In this document: positions 57,205-64,000 of the stretch, one piece after another
Layout: each line of letters begins with the position of its first letter
How positions within the stretch are numbered: position 1 is the stretch's first letter
DNA from: Candidatus Aminicenantes bacterium
Lineage (GTDB): Bacteria; Acidobacteriota; Aminicenantia; Aminicenantales; Saccharicenantaceae
Length of the DNA stretch: 64,000 nt
Direction: 5' to 3'
NCBI GenBank assembly: GCA_963805045.1
Contig: CAWDTC010000025.1
Location: forward strand, 42,372 to 106,371
Made by a program: the position numbers and the translations under genes
Notes under the pieces: generated by a model
Seen by the model: only the letters and a program-made list of their open reading frames with translations
Told to the model about the DNA's origin: nothing
The model's database searches: none

Positions 57205-57666
57205 CGCTTGTGCCCTGGAATCGGCCATCGGGTGGTGTCCCGTTTGGCGGTGAACGTAGTTCTCCACGTGCTCGCGCTTGGCCGAGCCGATGGTGCGCAG
57301 AAATAATTCCGCTGGAAGGCTTTGGGTTGCTGCTTCCCGAACGAGGTATTGAAGCCGTCCCTTGACCGAGCGGACCAGCGCGTGCGGCGACACGGGCGGC
57401 TTCGTGCTCAACAGCAATTGGCTTGTGCCCGGCTCCGAAAACCGATGGTTCAACACCCGCACACCGTCCGGCTCGGTCGCTTGCTTCAAGGCATCGAGCC
57501 AACCGTCGCCGACCGGCGGATCCCGCCAGAAGACCGAGAGGCTCCAGTTGAGTTGGTAGGCTGGGCAGCAGTTGTCCAGAGTGTAAATGGCGGCCGGAGC
57601 GGGCATGTCTTCGGTTTTCGATAAGAACTCGGCCATGAAGTTTCCCCAAAGCCAATTGCCTTCCAT
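57205..57666 (-). CDS. IS200/IS605-like Y1 (HUH) transposase, copy 1 (degenerate or frameshifted)
   Basis: YQLNWSLSVFWR, a (D)H.HLLLS-like SQLLLSTKPPVSPHALVRSVKGR, FLRTIGSAKREHVENYVHRQTGHH: the TnpA domain order is preserved, but the HUH His pair and catalytic Tyr are not intact in this frame. Confidence 0.45.
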
Positions 57667-57782
57667 TCTACACGGTGTGTGTGATCGTGCCAGAAGTCCC
57701 TTAACCCAGCGTGATCATTGCTAAGCCGCCTTGTGGCCTGGCCCTTGACAGACCGCGGCGGATACCCTGAAATAGGGCCATT

Positions 57783-58867
57783 ATGCGAGAACTCCACGAC
57801 GGCCGCGAAGACGGCCTGCAACCGCTGGAATCGCTGGACGTCCGCCGGGCGAGCCGGCTTTGCCGACCTGCTCCGCCGCATGGCCCGCACCGCCTTCGGC
57901 GGCCGCGAGTTGGGCGAGGCCTTGGAGGTGCTCTCGGCCATGGCCGCCGACCCCGATTGCACCATCGTGGTCACGGTTTCCGGGGCCATGACCGTCGCCC
58001 AGATGGGCCGCGTGCTGTGCGAAATGATCGAGGAAGGGCTGGCCCACCTGGTCGTCAGCACCGGCGCGATCATGGCCCACGGACTCTCCGCGGCCACCGG
58101 CGGGGTCCACTACAAGCACGACCCGAGCATCCCCGACCAGCGCCTCTACGAGTGGGGCTACAACCGGGTCTACGACACCGTGGAGATGGAGGCGAACCTG
58201 CTCCGCGGGCAGGACTTGATCGCCCAGGTCATCGGCGGCTGGGACCGCTCGAGGCCGATGTGCTCGTGGGAGTTGAACCGGGAGATCGGCCGGCGGCTTT
58301 CCGAGCAGGGGCAGATGCCCAGCATCCTCGGCTGCGCCTACCAGCGCGGGGTGCCGGTCTACGTGCCGGCCTTCACCGACTCGGACATCGGCCTGAGCGT
58401 GTCGAAGGCGGTGCTGGGGCGGGAAAGCCCGCCGGGCGGGGAAAAGGACCTGGCGGCGTTCTTCGCGCCGGTCCCCTCGTACAATCCGTTCCTCGATCTG
58501 CACGACTACGCCCGGCGGGTCATTTCGGCCAAGCGGCTGGGGATATTCACCGTCGGCGGGGGCGTGCCGCGGAACTGGGCCCAACAGATCGGCCCGCTGG
58601 CCGACATCCTGAACATGCGGCCGGGCGTGGAGCTGCCCTCGCCGCGGTTCCAATACGCCGTCCGCCTCTGCCCCGAGCCCGTCCACTGGGGCGGACTGAG
58701 CGGCTGCACCTACAGCGAAGGCGTCTCCTGGGGCAAGTTCCTCAGCCGCCAACAGGGGGGCCGCTTCGCCGAGGTCCACTGCGACGCCACCATCGCCTGG
58801 CCGCTGCTGGTAAGGGCGTGGATCGAAGAGAACGGAGCAGCGGAAAAAGAGGCCGACCGGCGAATAG
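57783..58867 (+). CDS. Deoxyhypusine-synthase-like (DHS family) protein; frame breaks near both ends
   Basis: ...DCTIVVTVSGAMTVAQMG...VVSTGAIMAHG...LRGQD... typical of DHS-like proteins. The listed ORFs have no stop here; a stop in a shifted frame at about 58865 is assumed. Confidence 0.7.
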
Positions 58868-58876
58868 ACTTGCTTG

Positions 58877-58897
58877 TTATACAACAAACTTGTATAA
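58877..58897 (+). promoter_or_regulatory. AT-rich palindrome TTATACAA-caaac-TTGTATAA overlapping a TATAAT box 4 nt before the toxin ATG (candidate TA operator/promoter)
   Basis: Perfect 8-bp arms in otherwise about 70% GC DNA; possible -35 TTGCTT at 58871-58876. Confidence 0.4.
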
Positions 58898-58902
58898 TAG
58901 TA

Positions 58903-59226
58903 ATGAAGCCGCTCGGATTCATCGGGCTCCAGCCGGATCGACCTCCGCAACTTCCCGGACGAGGCCCGCCGAGCGGCCGGGTTTCAACTCCGCGAAGTTC
59001 AACGCGGACTGGAGCCGTCCGATTGGAGGCCGATGAAGGCCGTCGGTCCCGGCGCGAGGGAGATCCGCATCCACGTGTCGGGCGAGTGGCGGGTAATCTA
59101 CGTGGCCGAGTTCCGCTGACGCGGTGTACGTGCTGCATTCGTTTCAGAAGAAGAGCCGAAAGACCGGCGCGCACGACATCGAGGTGGCCCGCCAACGGTA
59201 CAAGCGAGATCGGAGAACGGCCATGA
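58903..59226 (+). CDS. Type II toxin, RelE/ParE superfamily (HigB-like), one frame break near the N-terminus
   Basis: MKPLGFIG... then (shifted) ...LRNFPDEARRAAGFQLREVQRGLEPSDWRPMKAVGPGAREIRIHVSGEWRVIYVAEF...AVYVLHSFQKKSRKTGAHDIEVARQRYKR. A 1-nt shift near the end gives a TGA that overlaps the antitoxin ATG. Confidence 0.7.
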   Translation: MKPLGFIGLQPDRPPQLPGRGPPSGRVSTPRSSTRTGAVRLEADEGRRSRREGDPHPRVGRVAGNLRGRVPLTRCTCCIRFRRRAERPARTTSRWPANGTSEIGERP

Positions 59227-59507
59227 GAGAGAAAATCATCGAATCCTGCGGCAACGTGTTCGTCGATCTGGGCTTCCCTCCGGAGGAGGCCGCAATCCTG
59301 CAAATGCGGGCCGACCTGATGATCGATCTGCGGAAATTGATCAAGGCCAAGAGGCTCACTCAGGTCAAGGCCGCCAAGCTCCTCGGCATCAGCCAGCCCA
59401 GGGTGTCGGACTTGATCCAGGGAAAATGGGAGCGGTTCAGCCTGGAGATGCTGATCACGCTGGCCACTAGGGCGGGCATCCGCGTCCGCATCGAGACGGC
59501 GGCATAG
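59223..59507 (+). CDS. HigA-like antitoxin with an XRE-type helix-turn-helix
   Basis: MREKIIESCGNVFVDLGFPPEEAAILQMRADLMIDLRKLIKAKRLTQVKAAKLLGISQPRVSDLIQGKWERFSLEMLITLATRAGIRVRIE. Confidence 0.75.
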   Translation: MREKIIESCGNVFVDLGFPPEEAAILQMRADLMIDLRKLIKAKRLTQVKAAKLLGISQPRVSDLIQGKWERFSLEMLITLATRAGIRVRIETAA

Positions 59508-59555
59508 ACCTTGGCGAAGGAGGACGGAGGAGGATTTCCGGCATCAAGCGTCGCC

Positions 59556-60679
59556 ATGATGGAAAACGTCTTACCCCGAAAACCTCCGTCCGTGGCCCCA
59601 CCCAGTTCCTCGGCCTTCCGTCGCCCGGCTTGGAAAACGCCGACGCGCTCCTGCTGCCGCTGCCGGTCGAGAAAACCGTGTGCTATGGCCGCGGCACGGC
59701 CGGCGGGCCGCGGGCGATCATCGCGGCCAGCCCCCAGATCGAGACCTTCGACGAAGAGACGCTGGTGGAGTTCGCCCAGTCGCCGCGACTCCATACCCTG
59801 CCGCCGCTGCCGGCCGAGGGCGAGATCGAGGACTGCCTGGCGGCGATCGAGGATTACGTCCGGTCGTTGCCGGAGAAGTTCCTGCTGGCCCTCGGCGGGG
59901 AGCATACCGTGACCTACGGCGTGGTCGCCGGGCTGGTCGCGCCCACAAAGCCGCGACCGGCGGTCGCGCCCAGCTGGCAGCAACTGCCGCGCCAACCGGT
60001 TCAACTGCCACCCCAACGCGACGATCTGGCCGGCGTGACGGTGGTGCAGATCGACGCCCACGCCGATCTGGCGGACCGGTTGCACGGCCGGCGTTGGTCG
60101 CACGGCACGGTGATGCGGCGGCTCTGGGAGCGGGGCTGCCGGCTCCTTCAGATCGGCGTCCGCAGCCTCAGCCGGGAGGAATATCGAACTGGCCTCCGCC
60201 GGGCCGCGGATCACCACCTACTACGCCCATCGCCTGGAGGAGCAGTGGGCCGAAATCCTGGAGACGCTCCGCGGCCTGGAAGGGAAAGTCTACCTGACGC
60301 ATCGACGTGGACGGTCTGGATCCGTCGATCATTCCCAGCACGGGCACGCCGCTGCCCGGCGGGCTCGGCGTGGCGGCAGATGATGGAGATCATCCGCGTG
60401 CTCTGCACGGAGTCCCGCGGCCGGCTGATCGGGGCCGACATTGTCGAGTTCGTCCCCTCGCCGGTCCCGCCCGGCTGCGATCCGACGGTCGCCCGGCTGG
60501 CGACGAAGCTGCTGGCGTGGTGGTGGAAGGGGCACGGTGCCGTCGCCGGCCGCTCTCTGTCGCAGGGAGAGTGGCTTACGCTGGTACGAAGATTGCGCTT
60601 CGGACAGCCTCTTCGAGCGTTGGGCGGCGTTGACCGCATCCGAGGACGGCCTTGCACGGGGAAGATTAGCCGATACTGA
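59556..60679 (+). CDS. Agmatinase/arginase-family ureohydrolase (several frame breaks)
   Basis: ALGGEHTVTYGVV, VVQIDAHADL and IDVDGLDPSIIPSTGTPLPGGL motifs spread across ORFs 59630-60679 and 59680-60297; the 3' end is uncertain. Confidence 0.7.
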
Positions 60680-60784
60680 TGTCGCCCATATTGCATTCTG
60701 AAGTGATATTCATTATGATTGAAGGAGCATTTCAGGGGAGCTATACGTGCGTCTGAGCAAAGCAAGAAAAGCTGCGTCACGGCC

Positions 60785-61362
60785 ATGATGCGGGACACGA
60801 TCTTCGAGGCCGCCAGTTCGGTGTTCGACCAGCACGGCGCCAACGGGCTGACGATGGACCGGGTGGCATCGACGATGGGGATGGCGGCCGGAAGATCTGT
60901 ACAACTACTTCCGGGACAAGAACGGCGCTGCTTCGCAAGTTCTTCTACGCTCGATTGGTGGAGCCGTTCTTCCAACCGATCGAGGAGATAGCCAAGTCGG
61001 AGTTGTCCGCGGGCGCCGAGAAATTGGAGAAGATTGCCCGCGCGGCCCGGGAACACGGCGTCAAGTGCAAGGGCCTCATCCGGTTCTTCCGGGAAACGCC
61101 TCAACGCGCCGAGATACAAAGAGACACTCGTCCGCGCTTCTTGCGGATTCTTACCGCGGTTTTCGAGCAGGGCATCGGGGAGGGTTCGTTCCGGGCGGAC
61201 AATCCCGCGCCTCATGGGCCGCATGTTTCAAGGCTGTTTGTCGGAGATCTTCGAAGATGCAGTTGGCCGGCGCATCGGACGAGGAGGTCAACGGAGTACG
61301 TCGCAATGCTGGTCGACGCGGCTGGCAATGGGTTTCCCATTCTTGCGCGAGAAGAGTCCTGA
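60785..61362 (+). CDS. TetR/AcrR-family transcriptional regulator (frame break near 60900)
   Basis: N-terminal HTH ...RDTIFEAASSVFDQHGANGLTMDRVASTMGMA; C-terminal part in ORF 60955-61362. The start is uncertain (ATG 60785 or GTG 60747). Confidence 0.6.
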
Positions 61363-61879
61363 GCCGCCGAGCACGCCCGATAGCGGCCAGAGGGGAGACG
61401 CAGGATTGTCGCTACGGGCATAGAGATGTCCAAGCCGCGCGGGGGCAGGAGAGGAGGCGGTTTTGTCGGTACGGCGAATCGTGTTGTTGGTTTGCTTGCT
61501 GGTTGCAGCGGATATCGGTCTGCTCGTGCCGGTCTGCCTACTGGCTCGGGTGGAGGCTCCCGCTGGCAGAGGCGTTGCTCTCGGCAGTGGCCGGCCGTGC
61601 TGGTGATCGGCTACTATGAGTGGCGATGGTCAACCCTGGTCGCACGACTATCTCACAGCGGAGGTGCCGGGGGTGCACGGCGAATCGTTGTGTCGAGAAG
61701 ATCCTGCCTGCTAGTCGCCGGCGCATCTCCTGATTTTGCCGGGTTTTTTGAGCACCGCGGTTGGTCTTGTCCTGCTACTGCCGTGGGTCCGCCGCCTGAT
61801 CGCGAAGCCAGCGGCACAACCGGGTGTGAAAGGAAAAGACGGGGGGGCCGAAACGGGCGACCCGGCCGCGTGACGGCTT

Positions 61880-62851
61880 TCAGAGCATCAGCAGGGCGAC
61901 GCCGGCCACCGCCAGCACGGCGCCGCCGACGGCCCGCAGGCCGATCCGCTCGTGATAGACGAGGATGCTCAGCGGCAGGATCAGGACCGGCATGGTGGCG
62001 GTGATGGTGGTCACCACGCCGGCGGAGGAATGTTCCAGGGCGACCATAATCAGCACGGCCCCGGCGAACGGCCCGACGATCGAGCCGACCGTCAGCGCGG
62101 TCATCGCGCGGCGGGTCGCGGAGCGCGGCGAGCATGGCCGGCCAGCGGCGCCAGGCGGTGATCAGGATGACGTAGCCCGGCAAGGCGGCCAGGACGCGGA
62201 TCAGCGTGGCCCCCGCCGCGTCGGGATAGGTCCGCATCACGTCCCTGGAAAAGACCATTCCCGATGGCGCTGGTGGCGGCGGCGAACAGCGCCAGGGCGA
62301 CTCCCCGCCGGTGGGCGGCGGAAAAGTGGGTCCCGCTTGCCGAGCCGGACTTTGCGGTCTGTGCCGCCTAGAGCGGTCCCGCTCGGCAAGCGGGACCTAC
62401 TTCTTCGCCCAGGTCGGGCCGTTCGAGCACGACCCAGGCCACGCCGGCCAAGGTGATTCCCATCGCCACCCAACCCCGCAGGGTCAAGACGTCGCCGATC
62501 AGCAGCGAGACCAGGGCCGTAATCGGCGGGGTCAAGGAGAAGACCAGCAGCACCCGCCGCGGCCCGATCAACAACATGGCCTTGAACAGACAGACGTCGC
62601 AGAGGAAGAAGCCCAGAAAGCCGGAGATTCCCAGCAGGAGCCAGGTCCGCGGGCTGGCGTCGGTCGGCAGCCACCGCCCGCCGGCCAGCGGCGCGTAGGC
62701 CATCAGCAGCCCGCAGGCAATCACCAGGCGGAGAAAGCTGACGGCCAGCGAGCCGGTGCGTTTTCCGGCCGCGGTCAAGAAGAGCGACGGAGAGCGTCCA
62801 CAGGATCGCGGTCCCCAGCGCCGCCAATTCGCCGACGTTCGAGTCAGGCCA

Positions 62852-62852
<1 letters not shown>
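61880..62852 (-). CDS. EamA/DMT-family transporter (10-TM), frameshifted
   Basis: Two EamA halves in ORFs 62368-62778 and 61653-62258 / 61880-62104. The ATG at 62850-62852 overlaps the purH stop (TAATG). Confidence 0.7.

Positions 62853-64000
<1,148 letters not shown>

Noticed and set aside
60719-60784. TTG-initiated N-terminal extension of the TetR ORF (MKEHFRG...)
   Set aside because: The track translates an alternative TTG start. The strong AAGGAG there has no properly spaced ATG/GTG in frame, so the extension is probably created by an upstream indel. The ATG at 60785 (or GTG at 60747) was used instead.

Overview
This is a 64 kb window of high-GC (about 68-70%) bacterial chromosome. The gene content suggests an Acidobacteria-like organism (YncE beta-propeller/phosphoesterase fusion, DUF5009, Tat-signal enzymes), but that is inference. 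I could support about 55 genes, no rRNA or tRNA, and no CRISPR array. Almost every long gene shows one or more single-base frame breaks relative to the ORF track. This includes core genes (gap, panB, kdpB, cydAB, purH), so the sequence appears to carry an indel error profile rather than real gene decay. Coordinates near the breaks are approximate.

Main blocks, in window order:
- 527-8513: a signalling/methylation cluster. A hybrid HK-REC-HD-GYP phosphodiesterase is translationally coupled to a 1178-aa REC-PilZ-PilZ-hydrolase-like-methyltransferase protein. A Tat-signal esterase and a caffeoyl-CoA-type O-methyltransferase sit just upstream.
- 8730-14970: a thioredoxin-TPR protein, cytochrome bd oxidase (cydAB), a CDF transporter and ybaK.
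- 15222-24914: a kdpFABC operon with no KdpDE. It is preceded by a sigma-54 (NtrC-type) response regulator, an unrelated sensor kinase and a -24/-12 promoter, and followed by a kinase-less KdpD-N/Usp protein fused to an EIIA(Ntr)-like domain.
- 25106-27542: a lower-GC islet with an orphan paralog of that kinase's sensor domain, and a porin-like OMP under a second sigma-54-like promoter. Both promoters have the same upstream motif at the same spacing.
- 27595-45599: a hydrolase/transport block (PhzF, S9 peptidase, glycosidase, SSS transporter, YncE-phosphoesterase, PitA/DUF47, sugar-modifying enzymes).
- 46021-55782: NYN/LOTUS protein, metallophosphoesterase, alpha-galactosidase, gap, Uma2 nuclease, two tandem secreted repeat-domain proteins, panB.
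- 56274-57666: an array of about 70-bp hairpin repeats next to two tandem IS200-like Y1 (HUH) transposase genes.
- 57783-64000: a deoxyhypusine-synthase-like/agmatinase pair interrupted by a HigBA-like toxin-antitoxin with a palindromic operator, then TetR, an EamA transporter and purH.

There are also two copies of a roughly 130-230 nt element with conserved hairpins (about 14980 and 45670). An internal 27-nt module is inverted between the copies. A short palindrome, GGGAC-N-GTCCC, is dispersed through the window.
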